The notes below the pieces were generated by a model. That model saw only the letters and a list, made by a program, of their open reading frames with translations, did not search any database and was not told the DNA's origin. From assembly GCA_019456185.1 (NCBI GenBank), contig VRUH01000007.1, positions 6,829 through 70,828 of the forward strand: a DNA stretch of 64,000 bases, given 5' to 3'. Below are positions 1 to 8,843 of the stretch, piece by piece (position 1 is the stretch's first letter; every line of letters begins with the position of its first letter). The translations under genes and the position numbers were made by a program. Source of the DNA: Candidatus Glassbacteria bacterium (lineage in GTDB: Bacteria > Gemmatimonadota > Glassbacteria > GWA2-58-10).

Positions 1-1503
1 CGGCGGTAAAGCTCAGCGCGACAGTCCAGATCCACCACTCGAGCTGCCTGCTCAAGAAGACTGTCTACTTCCGGGTCGGCGAACCGGGAGTAGTTGCCGG
101 CATCGCCCCAGTTTGACGAGTGGAACAGGGTGTGGAGGAAATTGTGCGCATCGGGAAAATCCCCGACCCAGCTTCCGCGGAAAATCCCGGCCTCCCCCGC
201 GCGAACAGCGGCCAGGAACGCGGCCCATTCCAGGCTCTTGAGCCGGATATCCACGCCGAGCTCGCCCAGGCAGGCCTGGATGAACACGGCCACCCGCCGG
301 TCCACCGGATCGTTGTTGTAGAGCAGGGTCAGCTCCGGCAGGCCCTCCCCGCCCGGATAACCGGATTCGGCCAGCAGGCTGCGGGCGCGCTCGGGGTCGT
401 AGGGGTAGCCGTCCAGGCCGGGATTGTGCCCCGGCAGTCCCGGCGGGACAGCTCCGGCGGAGACCACGTCGACTCCCTCGCCAAGCACTTCCACGATAGC
501 TTTCTTGTTGATCGCGAAATTGAACGCCTGGCGCAGGGTACGGTTACCCCTGAACGGCTCGCGGGTGAGGTTGAAGCCCAAGTAGCGCACCGAGAGTCCG
601 GGCCAGACATGGAGCTGTTCCGGCGTGCGCTTACGCACCAGCCCGACATGGCCGGGCGGGAGCTGGTCGAGCAGGTCCAGCTCGCCGGCGCGGTATTTCT
701 CGTAGGCCACGCTGATATTGGGCGCCACCTCGAACTCCACCCGCTCCACGGCCCGGCCGGCCGCAGGAGGCGAAGCATGTCCGGCGCGCTCCAGCACGAT
801 CCGGCTGTCGTGCTGCCAGCTGACGAAACGGAACGGCCCGGAACCGACCGGCTCCTGGCCAAAGTTGTCCGCGCCCAGCCGCTCCACTTCCTCGCGCGGA
901 ACGATACTGGCCGCGGTCATGGTCAATTGCACCAGAAACGGCGCATAGGGTTCTGCCAGACGGATCACCACCGCGCTGTCGCCCTCGGCGCTCAGCCCCT
1001 CAACGCTGTCCGCGCGTCCCTCGCGGAAATCAGCAGCCCCGGCAACCGGGGTCAGAATCCAGGGCCGCGGGCTGGCGTTGGCCGGGTCAAGCAGGCGGTG
1101 GAACGAATAGACCACATCAGCGGCCGCCACCCTGCGTCCGTTGTGAAAGCGGGCGCCGGGACGGAGCACGAACCGGAACGAGAGGCCGTCGGCTGAAACC
1201 TCCCAGCGCTCCGCCAGCGCGCCGGTCAGTCCGGCGGTGGACGGGTCCAGGCGCAGCAGGGGATCGAACAGGTTGTTGACCACACTCTGGCTCACCAAGT
1301 CCGCGCTGTGGATCGGGTCCAGGCTGGGCGGGTCGCCGGGAATCCGGAAGCGGAAAGTGAGCGTACCCTCGCCGTGCTGCCCGCGCCGATCACCGCCGGA
1401 GCATGCCGCCAGCAGCGCTAAGGACAGTATCAACCAGCAGGCAACTGTGAAAACCGAATAATGCCCACGGGCCCTGATTACCCGCGTATCCAGATAATTG
1501 GTC
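1..1503 (-). CDS. ABC transporter substrate-binding protein, family 5 (peptide/nickel type), lipoprotein. The C-terminus lies beyond the window start, so it is absent from the ORF track
   Basis: Minus-strand ATG at 1503..1501. I translated MTNYLDTRVI..LILSLALLAACSGG (lipobox)..VSWQHDSRIVLERA..GYPYDPERARSLLAESGYPGG..LKSLEWAAFLAAVRAGE with no stop down to position 1. These motifs are typical of SBP_bac_5. Confidence 0.8.
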
Positions 1504-1588
1504 ATGCCGGGAATATAGTCCGCCGGTCCCGGCCGTGTCCAGAGGGGAAGGTTTCAAAAGAACCAGGAGGCACAACCGGCAGCATCAC

Positions 1589-2308
1589 TTACTTATCAGC
1601 TCCCGGCAGTTTCCAGCGCTCCGGATCGTCCTTGACAAAATAGCCGGAGCGCACGATCCGGCCGCTTTCGGCCAGGACGTAGTCGGTGGTGTCGTGGCGG
1701 ACGAAATGCGGATTGCCAAGCAGGTTGACCCCCACCACGGAGCTGTCGGAGGGACCGGTATAGACCAGCAGGTAACGGCTGTCGTTGCGCGGGTTGGGGA
1801 CAGTGAATACCAGCCGCCAGTCCTGTCCGAAAGCAGTCAGATCGCCGATCCGGGCGGTGTCGGCGCTGAACTCGAACGGGAATGTCCCGGCCAGCCGGCG
1901 GGTCACCCGGTTACTCTCCACCGGGCCGTAAAGCAGCAGCGAGTAGTCGCGGATAAGGCCTGAATCGACCTCGCGGTCGGGGTAGACCAGAATGTCCCGG
2001 TCCAGACTCCTGCCCAGCAGGTCGGCGACCTTGTGGGCGTAATCACGCAGGGCGGCGGTGCTTTCGCCATCGGTGCCGTAGACGATCAGCAGGCCCGAGG
2101 GATCGCGGAGAAAGACATCATCGATCGGCCCCGTCAGCGGCCTGTCGCCGCGGTTGGTAAACTTGAGGACCAGCACACAGGCCAGGATCGCGATCAGGCC
2201 GAACTTGACCGACCTGTTGCCGCCAAATATGCCGCGCGATACGGGGAACACGGGCTTCCCGCCCCTGCGTCCGATACGATCAGGCTGTCCCGGGGAACGA
2301 TAGCTCAC
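1589..2308 (-). CDS. Hypothetical protein with one N-terminal transmembrane segment and a likely periplasmic domain
   Basis: 239-aa ORF with hydrophobic stretch FGLIAILACVLVLKF near the N-terminus. It starts 7 nt after the upstream lipoprotein gene ends. No motif recognised. Confidence 0.45.
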   Translation of the reverse strand: MSYRSPGQPDRIGRRGGKPVFPVSRGIFGGNRSVKFGLIAILACVLVLKFTNRGDRPLTGPIDDVFLRDPSGLLIVYGTDGESTAALRDYAHKVADLLGRSLDRDILVYPDREVDSGLIRDYSLLLYGPVESNRVTRRLAGTFPFEFSADTARIGDLTAFGQDWRLVFTVPNPRNDSRYLLVYTGPSDSSVVGVNLLGNPHFVRHDTTDYVLAESGRIVRSGYFVKDDPERWKLPGADK

Positions 2309-2315
2309 AGGGCGC

Positions 2316-3323
2316 TCAGACCAATCCCTGCGACGAGAGGTTGCGGGCCAACTCCTGCAGGTAGGAATTGACCTGCTCGGGGTCGTCCAGACCCAGAATT
2401 CCGATCACCGCGCGGCCTGACTGGACAGCCACCACCTTGCCGTAGTACGAATCCTGCGCGGTAAACAGCGGGGACTCCATCCCCTCCGGCTCCTCGACAT
2501 TCCGGCCGTATTTCTCCATGAATTCCTTGTAGACCCGGTAGCTGCGGGCAGCTTGTTCGAGGTTGTCGTGGAGGATGAAAAACAGCTTGAACTCGCTGCC
2601 GCCGGACTCGTAATCAGCGATAAAACCGTTCTTCAATTCGCTGTGCCCCAGGACGTCCTGGGCCAGATAGCGCTGAGTACCAGCCTGCAGGCCGTTCTCG
2701 GGGAATGCGGCGAGCTGGGACGGATTGCCCGCGGGCGCATCGAGGCGTGCGCTGACGGCGCCGGCGAGCACTTCCAGCAAATCGCCCTTGCCGGTCTGGA
2801 ACGCGGTGACTTTTACGTAGTAGGGTCCCTGCCAGAAATGCAGGGCATTGTCGGTGAGATAGCCCTCGGCGCCGACATCCACGCGCGGTGCCAAGCTGTT
2901 ACGCTCGGCCGAATAGATCCCGAATCCGCAGAGCTGGTCGGCCATCCGGTAGATATCCACCACCGCCTGCAGGGAGCCATCCGAGGTTTCGCAGTCGGCG
3001 GTGATGACGGCCTCGAATTTGTAGACCAGATAGCCCTCGGCGCCGCCGTTGATATACTCCCACAGGTTGTCCGGAACGAATATCCGGGGGTCTCCGCTTA
3101 GCGCCCAGCCTTCCACCTCGCCCTGAACCGGCAGCAGCGCGGTCATCTCGCCGGCCAGCCGGCTGCTGTCGCCCGCCGGCTCCGAGGCTTTTTCAGCGGC
3201 TGCCTGGCGCTCTTGTTCCGATCCGGAGCAGCCGGCAGAGATAAGCACAACAGCAGCCAGGAGAAACACCAACAGGGGTTGAACAACTGAGTGACTGCGC
3301 GACATCGCCCGATGCTCCTTCAA
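2316..3323 (-). CDS. Lipoprotein of unknown function, paralog A of a two-member family in this window
   Basis: Signal peptide plus lipobox LISAGCSG. Shares motifs with the 9865..10923 product: LWEYINGGAEGYL vs LYDLINGGADIFM, and DIYRMADQLCGFGIYS vs KIYRMEDSEAAYGIFS. Confidence 0.6.
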   Translation of the reverse strand: MKEHRAMSRSHSVVQPLLVFLLAAVVLISAGCSGSEQERQAAAEKASEPAGDSSRLAGEMTALLPVQGEVEGWALSGDPRIFVPDNLWEYINGGAEGYLVYKFEAVITADCETSDGSLQAVVDIYRMADQLCGFGIYSAERNSLAPRVDVGAEGYLTDNALHFWQGPYYVKVTAFQTGKGDLLEVLAGAVSARLDAPAGNPSQLAAFPENGLQAGTQRYLAQDVLGHSELKNGFIADYESGGSEFKLFFILHDNLEQAARSYRVYKEFMEKYGRNVEEPEGMESPLFTAQDSYYGKVVAVQSGRAVIGILGLDDPEQVNSYLQELARNLSSQGLV

Positions 3324-3380
3324 AGTTAACTGTACCGGCGGATAAGCCTGTCTCCTTCATAATATAATCAACTTTCAGGC

Positions 3381-4676
3381 TCACCACCACCTGCGATCGC
3401 GGATATACTCGTCGAATTCGCCGCGGTTGCGCAGATTGTGGCCGAAAAAGTGCATCACCAGGCCCTCGTACTCGTAAATCCAGATCTGGTTCAGGCGGCT
3501 GCCGTAAATCTCGGTGGGAGGACCGAGGAGAATATAGACCTCGCCCATATTGGTCTCCCAGCCTTCTTTCTTCTCGGTGGTAAAGTGTTTGTTGGCGTAG
3601 TCGATCCGCTCGAAATACTGGACGCGCAGTTCATTGACCGCCGTGGCCGGCACGGGATCGATTTTGGTCCAGAACTCCTCGAGCGCTTTGGCCTGCTCGT
3701 CCTCGGCGATCGCCTCCAAGCGCTCCATCTCGTTTTCCCGTACCAGGTAGCGAAGGTACTTGATCTCGTTCTTGTAATTTTTGGTCACCCAGTCGGCGCT
3801 GCGGACGATTTTGAATTTGAACGAGGTGGCGCGGGCCAGGCTGGTGTTGTTGGAATCCCGTAACTGGACGTCCAGCTCGTAGGTGCCCAGTCCCATCGTA
3901 CCCGTCGGGATTTCGATCATCTTGCGCTGGCGGATCAAACCGTCCTCCAGCGGCACGTCGACCCGCGGGAAGAGCATCAGCGCTTTCACCACCTCGGCGG
4001 TAAGCTGCCAGTCTTCGGGCAGCGAGGAGCTGTCGGCGTAGATCTCGACCAGCAGCCAGATCGGTTTACCGCTGGGGATCTTCAGGCTGCCCTCGTTCGG
4101 AATCTCGCCTTCCGGCGGCATCGGCGGTCTCCGGCCCTGTTCCAGTCCCTCGGGAGCCGCGTAGAACAACGGAGTGCTGAGCTTGGGCAGGTCAGCGTTA
4201 AAATCGGGCACCTGGACGCTCACGCGGCCGTTGCCGTAGGTGCTGGCCTGCACGTCCTTGACCTCAACGAACCCTTCGTATTTGCCCGGCACCGCGCGGA
4301 TGGTGATAGTCAACGGGTCGAAATGCTCGGCCAGGCTGGTTTCATCGTAGCTGGGAACGTGCACTTTCTTGTCCCATAAGCCCTTGAGGATATTGCGGGT
4401 CTCGGTCTCGCGCATGTTCAGGAACGTTTCGTAATGGGCCTCGTAGTACCTTTCGCCACGGTAAAACAGCAAGTGCTCGTTCTCCACGGTCAGGGTGACC
4501 AGGCAGAGGGTACTGTCCCGGCCGTCCTTGTAAAAACTCATTCTGAACCCGAACGGGACGTCATTTTCGAACGAGTGCAGGTCCTGGGCCAGGGTGATTT
4601 CCGGCTCCGGCAGCGTAACCGCCAGCGCTGCAAACAGCACTCCGGCGGTGATAATCCTCAACGATAATTTCGACAT
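3381..4676 (-). CDS. GWxTD-domain protein, secreted. Start moved to the internal Met before the signal peptide
   Basis: C-terminal KEGWETNMGEVYILLGPPTEIYG matches the GWxTD(RG)...GxP signature. MSKLSLRIITAGVLFAALAV is a signal peptide. ATG at 4676 sits 10 nt after a GGGAGGGGAG RBS. Confidence 0.6.
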   Translation of the reverse strand: MSKLSLRIITAGVLFAALAVTLPEPEITLAQDLHSFENDVPFGFRMSFYKDGRDSTLCLVTLTVENEHLLFYRGERYYEAHYETFLNMRETETRNILKGLWDKKVHVPSYDETSLAEHFDPLTITIRAVPGKYEGFVEVKDVQASTYGNGRVSVQVPDFNADLPKLSTPLFYAAPEGLEQGRRPPMPPEGEIPNEGSLKIPSGKPIWLLVEIYADSSSLPEDWQLTAEVVKALMLFPRVDVPLEDGLIRQRKMIEIPTGTMGLGTYELDVQLRDSNNTSLARATSFKFKIVRSADWVTKNYKNEIKYLRYLVRENEMERLEAIAEDEQAKALEEFWTKIDPVPATAVNELRVQYFERIDYANKHFTTEKKEGWETNMGEVYILLGPPTEIYGSRLNQIWIYEYEGLVMHFFGHNLRNRGEFDEYIRDRRWW

Positions 4677-4719
4677 GCCGTTCACTTTCTCCCCTCCCAG
4701 ATCCTGCCGGCCGATAATG

Positions 4720-6972
4720 TCAATCCCGGACAAAAAACCGGGAATTCCGGCGGAAAGACCTGCCCTGCTGGTTGAGGTCTTCAATATTGATTGAAAGCTC
4801 GTAGAGACCGTTCTCGTTGTCACTGATGTCGATAGCCAGGTCTTCGGTCACCAGATCGCTTTCCAGCGGCGCCTTCTCCTTCTCCATCGTCAGGATCACT
4901 TTCTCCTTGCCGGGACTCGCGCCCAACAGCTTCCGGAAACCGTCATATATTTTACCAAACACGTTGCGGTCGCGTTCCAGTAAAGACATCGAATAGGTGA
5001 TCCGGTAATTGCACCTGCCGTTGGAATCGGGAACCAGGTTGTAGATCTCCTGGTAGACGTACATTTTCTGCGACGGGTGGAACGTGCGCGAGGGCTCCGG
5101 CTGGACCTCCAGCCCGTGGCGCAGGAATTTGCCGGAATCCGCCGGCGAGGCGAAAATCTGCCGGGCGGCGATTATCTGGCTGGCCTGCAGTGAATCCTCC
5201 CGGTAGCTGTCCACCGTCAAGTCGCCGTTGAACGTCCCGACCGAGCCGCCGTTGAGGATTTTGATGAAATAATGGTAATCCCCGGGTTCCAGCTCGATCC
5301 GGACCAGACCCACAATCTGGCGGTCCATCAGATCCCGCGGGTTGATCGAGGTTGTATGGCGGTCGAGCTGCTCGTGCCATTTCACCTGCTCCCAGGCCTG
5401 GTTGTAAATCGCCAGCTGGCTTTTGACCTCGAACTGGAAGCCCTCGCCAGTGTTGTTGGACGTAATCGCCCGCCCGGGCACGCCGGAATAGAACTCAACC
5501 GTACTTTTGCCATTTTCCCGGCCGCGAAATTCCACGAAATCGTACGAGCTTTCCAGCCTGTCGGTATAGGGATAGAGGACGCTTTCGCTGGACAGGGCTT
5601 TTTTCAGGGAAGTGATATTCTGGTCGTATTCATCGAGATGGGTGAACGGATCGTAGGGATTACGCGAGAGGCGGGCGTATATTCCGTTGCCGATTTCCAT
5701 CCGCGAACTGTACAGCTCGGTCATCCACTGGAGCCTGTGCGACTCCTCGGGCGCCGTATGGCTGACCCCTCCCAGCACGCCGCGAAAGTTCATAACCGCG
5801 GCCGTAAGCGAGGTAACCAGCTGGTAGTCGTAACTGCCCTTGAGCGCCACGAAATTGATAATCATGTCGCCGTCGTCGCGATAGTACACCCAGGTCACGT
5901 TGGGATGAAGGCCCTCGCCCATATGCTTGACCGACCGGTTGGGAGCCCCGTGGCGGATATGAATCACCCCGCGGTCATCGTAGCCCAGCGCCTCCTCCGG
6001 CACATAGCCCATCGAGGGATGAATGGAGGGACTGCGGCTGATAAACGGTACGCGGAACAGCGAATCGGCGGCCTGAAGGCGGCCATAGTGCTGGACAATC
6101 CTCACGCCGGGGGTAAGTCCGAGTTCGTGGTCTCGTTTGAGCCAGAAAGAACGGAAAAACTCCTCTGCCCGCTCCGGGCCGATATTCTTGTAAGTGTCAT
6201 GCTCTTCCCTGCCGGCCAGCATGACCAGGTCGTGAAAAAAAGGCTGCATCTGCTCCCGGGTTTTGATATCCGAGACGCCCTGCCAGTAATAGCGGAGTCC
6301 CTCGGCATATTTGGACCTGTAAAAATTTATCCGCGCCAGCTCCAGTTCCACCAGCGGATCGCCCTCGGCGACCTGGTGTTCCACGGCCTCGCGCAGAATC
6401 CGCTCGGCATTGACCAGATCTCCGCTGGCTTTGTGCAGTACGGCCAGCTTGAGGATGATGTCCCGCTTCAGGCCCCCAAGCTCGTAAGCCCGCCGCATGT
6501 GATCCAGCGCCAGGCCGGTATCGCTCTGGTCGAAACGGCGCATATAGGCGCTGCCGAGCCAGTAATGGGCCACCCACCATTCCGGGGCCAGCTCGACCGC
6601 GGTCTTTAGATGCCCTATCGCGCGGGAGATGTTGTCGTGGTGGAACAGGCGCTCCAAGGCCTGGAAGATGATAATCCGGCTGTCCCTGCTGATCAACTGG
6701 CTGCGGCCCAGCCCCACATGTACGCGGGAGTCGTCGGGTGCAATCTCCCTCGCCTGCTTAAAGGTGTGGCCGGCCAGTTCGCTGTCATCGTTCAGCAGCT
6801 GCTGCTCGCCGAGGCGGATCAGGGTGGTGAGCCTGGTGCGGACCGTGTCCTGGGGGATAGTCCGGTCGGGAATCATCTCAGCGGCGTTATCACCGGCGGC
6901 GGCAGCGGAAGGTCCGGCGGCTGCGATCAGCCACAAGAGCAGTACGGCCGTCGGGGAGGATAATTTTTGCAT
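4720..6972 (-). CDS. TPR-repeat plus GWxTD-domain protein, secreted
   Basis: 750 aa with an N-terminal signal (LLLWLIAAAGPSAAAA), helical TPR-like repeats (WLGSAYMRRFD..) and the signature EALGYDDRGVIHIRHGAPN. It lies 43 nt upstream of the other GWxTD gene. Confidence 0.6.
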   Translation of the reverse strand: MQKLSSPTAVLLLWLIAAAGPSAAAAGDNAAEMIPDRTIPQDTVRTRLTTLIRLGEQQLLNDDSELAGHTFKQAREIAPDDSRVHVGLGRSQLISRDSRIIIFQALERLFHHDNISRAIGHLKTAVELAPEWWVAHYWLGSAYMRRFDQSDTGLALDHMRRAYELGGLKRDIILKLAVLHKASGDLVNAERILREAVEHQVAEGDPLVELELARINFYRSKYAEGLRYYWQGVSDIKTREQMQPFFHDLVMLAGREEHDTYKNIGPERAEEFFRSFWLKRDHELGLTPGVRIVQHYGRLQAADSLFRVPFISRSPSIHPSMGYVPEEALGYDDRGVIHIRHGAPNRSVKHMGEGLHPNVTWVYYRDDGDMIINFVALKGSYDYQLVTSLTAAVMNFRGVLGGVSHTAPEESHRLQWMTELYSSRMEIGNGIYARLSRNPYDPFTHLDEYDQNITSLKKALSSESVLYPYTDRLESSYDFVEFRGRENGKSTVEFYSGVPGRAITSNNTGEGFQFEVKSQLAIYNQAWEQVKWHEQLDRHTTSINPRDLMDRQIVGLVRIELEPGDYHYFIKILNGGSVGTFNGDLTVDSYREDSLQASQIIAARQIFASPADSGKFLRHGLEVQPEPSRTFHPSQKMYVYQEIYNLVPDSNGRCNYRITYSMSLLERDRNVFGKIYDGFRKLLGASPGKEKVILTMEKEKAPLESDLVTEDLAIDISDNENGLYELSINIEDLNQQGRSFRRNSRFFVRD

Positions 6973-7160
6973 AATCTATATCCACCACCCGTCAACTGAC
7001 GGGTTCAGATGTGATCCGGTCTGTTGCACAGCTTTATACATTGCCTGTCACCCAAAGGTTCCGGTGCTTTGATATTTGCCGCGAAATACCTTAAAACGCA
7101 GCCGTGCACTATATTTATAACAGTCCATCAGCCATTTTTCCACTCTCATTTTCTGCCTGA

Positions 7161-7194
7161 AGCCCAAAAAAAGGCGCCCCGCCCGGGCCGCCCA
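7161..7194 (-). terminator. Rho-independent terminator after the polyferredoxin gene
   Basis: On the minus strand a GC-rich imperfect hairpin (GGGCGGCCCGGGCGGGGCGCC) is followed by TTTTTTT. It lies 33 nt past the stop at 7227. Confidence 0.5.
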
Positions 7195-7226
7195 TCAACG
7201 CTCTCACATGTTTTCAACCGCTCATC

Positions 7227-8843
7227 TCAAACTTCGCCCCCGCCGTAGACATCCAGCAGCAGCTGATTTTCCTGACTGCGGGACTCGCCGATCGAGGTGC
7301 AGTAAATTCCCGGCTTGTCGACCAGCGGGCAGGCATACTCGCAGATTCCGCAGCCGATACACAGGTGCGGGTCCACTTTGGGCTGCTTGATCACCTTGGA
7401 AACTCCCTCGCGGTCTGTTACCTCCACTTCCTCGAAATAGATCGCCTTCTTGGGCGTCGGGCAGACTTCCTCGCAGACGATGCAGCTGCGCCCGAGCGAG
7501 TATGGGAGACAGCGGTTCATGTCGAAAATCGCCAGGCCGATAACCGTCCGGTGCTTCTGCTCGGTGGTCAGTAGCTCGATAGCGCCCGTGGGACAGACCT
7601 GACCGCAGAGGGTGCAGTTGAACTCGCAGTAGCCGAGCTGCATTTTCAGGTACGGGGACCAGAACCCCTCCAGGCCGGCCTCCATCAGGGTGGGATGGAT
7701 CGCGTTCTTGATGCAGACTTTCATGCACTCTCCGCACTTGATACAGCGCTTGAGGAACTCCTCCTCGGCCACCGCGCCCGGCGGACGGATCAGGACGGGA
7801 TTGAACTTCCTGCCCTCGCGTCCGCTCCCCACCCGCGCTGACGGCGGCGGCTTGCGCGGATCGATCCGGAACAGGGCCAGCGCGCCCACAGCCGCGGCCG
7901 CCGAGGCCAGCACAGCCCGTTTACCGATATCCACCGAGGCTTCTCCGCGGGCGGGCAGGCCCAGACCCAGGCTGATCGAATCGTGGGGGCAGGCCTCCAC
8001 GCAGTTCCAACAGGTCAGGCACTCGCTGCGCATCCAGCTTTCTGTGCTGTGCGGCTCGCAGGCTCCCTCGCAGTTGCGCTTGCAGAGCATGCAGTTGGTG
8101 CAGGTCTGTTTGTCCACTTTCAGCTTGAGCAGGCTGAACCGGCCCAGCAGTCCCAGCAGGGCGCCCAGCGGACAGAGGTAGCGGCACCAGAATCTGCGGC
8201 GGAGTTGGTTCAGCACCGCAATCGCCACGAACAGCAGACCGATAAACAGGCCCTGGTAGAAATAGGGCTGCTCGAAAGACAGCACGTGGCTGCGCAGGAA
8301 CAGGAACACAGGCTCGACAATCGCGCTCAGCCAGGGCCGGTCCAACACCAGCAGCGGGTAGAACAGCGCCCGCGTGAGAAAATTGAACACCGGGTTAACC
8401 GCCAGGCTGAACGAGCGGATCAGCACGGAGAACGGGTCGAGGAAGCCGACAATCTGCAAGCCCAGGATTGATGCGATCAGCAAAAAGATAACGGCCACGT
8501 ATTTCCAGCTCTGGCGGCGGTCGTAGCGGTTGCGGCGGACATTTTCGGCCGTCTTGAGCCGGTTGTGGCTCAGGACGTGGTTCAGCGTGCCCATCGGGCA
8601 GACCCAGGCGCAGAAAAAGCGGCCGAACGCCACGGTAACCGCCACGGTCAGCAGGCTCCAGAGCATCATCGCGGGCAGGCTGTGAGCGGCGAAAAAAGCG
8701 GCCGCGGCCACCAGGGGATCGAAATCGAAGAAAATCTTGACCGGGTAACTGATCTGGTCGGTGCCCTTGTACTCGGTCATCACCAGCAGGAAGAGGAACA
8801 GAACGAAAAACAGAACCTGGCTGACCCTGCGCGCGTTCCGCAT
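7227..8843 (-). CDS. Membrane polyferredoxin of the NapH/MauN type (4Fe-4S binding protein)
   Basis: Two FxxCxWxCP membrane motifs (GRFFCAWVCPMG and RRFWCRYLCPLG). Several CxxCxxCxxxCP ferredoxin clusters (CIKCGECMKVC, CTLCGQVCP, CIGCGICEYACP). Multiple hydrophobic helices. Confidence 0.7.
   Translation of the reverse strand: MRNARRVSQVLFFVLFLFLLVMTEYKGTDQISYPVKIFFDFDPLVAAAAFFAAHSLPAMMLWSLLTVAVTVAFGRFFCAWVCPMGTLNHVLSHNRLKTAENVRRNRYDRRQSWKYVAVIFLLIASILGLQIVGFLDPFSVLIRSFSLAVNPVFNFLTRALFYPLLVLDRPWLSAIVEPVFLFLRSHVLSFEQPYFYQGLFIGLLFVAIAVLNQLRRRFWCRYLCPLGALLGLLGRFSLLKLKVDKQTCTNCMLCKRNCEGACEPHSTESWMRSECLTCWNCVEACPHDSISLGLGLPARGEASVDIGKRAVLASAAAAVGALALFRIDPRKPPPSARVGSGREGRKFNPVLIRPPGAVAEEEFLKRCIKCGECMKVCIKNAIHPTLMEAGLEGFWSPYLKMQLGYCEFNCTLCGQVCPTGAIELLTTEQKHRTVIGLAIFDMNRCLPYSLGRSCIVCEEVCPTPKKAIYFEEVEVTDREGVSKVIKQPKVDPHLCIGCGICEYACPLVDKPGIYCTSIGESRSQENQLLLDVYGGGEV

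Noticed and set aside
120-1196. A 358-aa plus-strand ORF at the left edge
   Set aside because: The minus strand over the same DNA encodes a clear family-5 ABC substrate-binding lipoprotein with an ATG and lipobox at 1503. The plus-strand product has no features.
7222-7737. Overlapping minus-strand ORFs (171 aa and others) inside the polyferredoxin gene and many 60-150-aa ORFs in all frames
   Set aside because: They sit in alternative frames of confidently assigned genes. Their Arg/Pro/Gly-rich composition is typical of out-of-frame high-GC translation.
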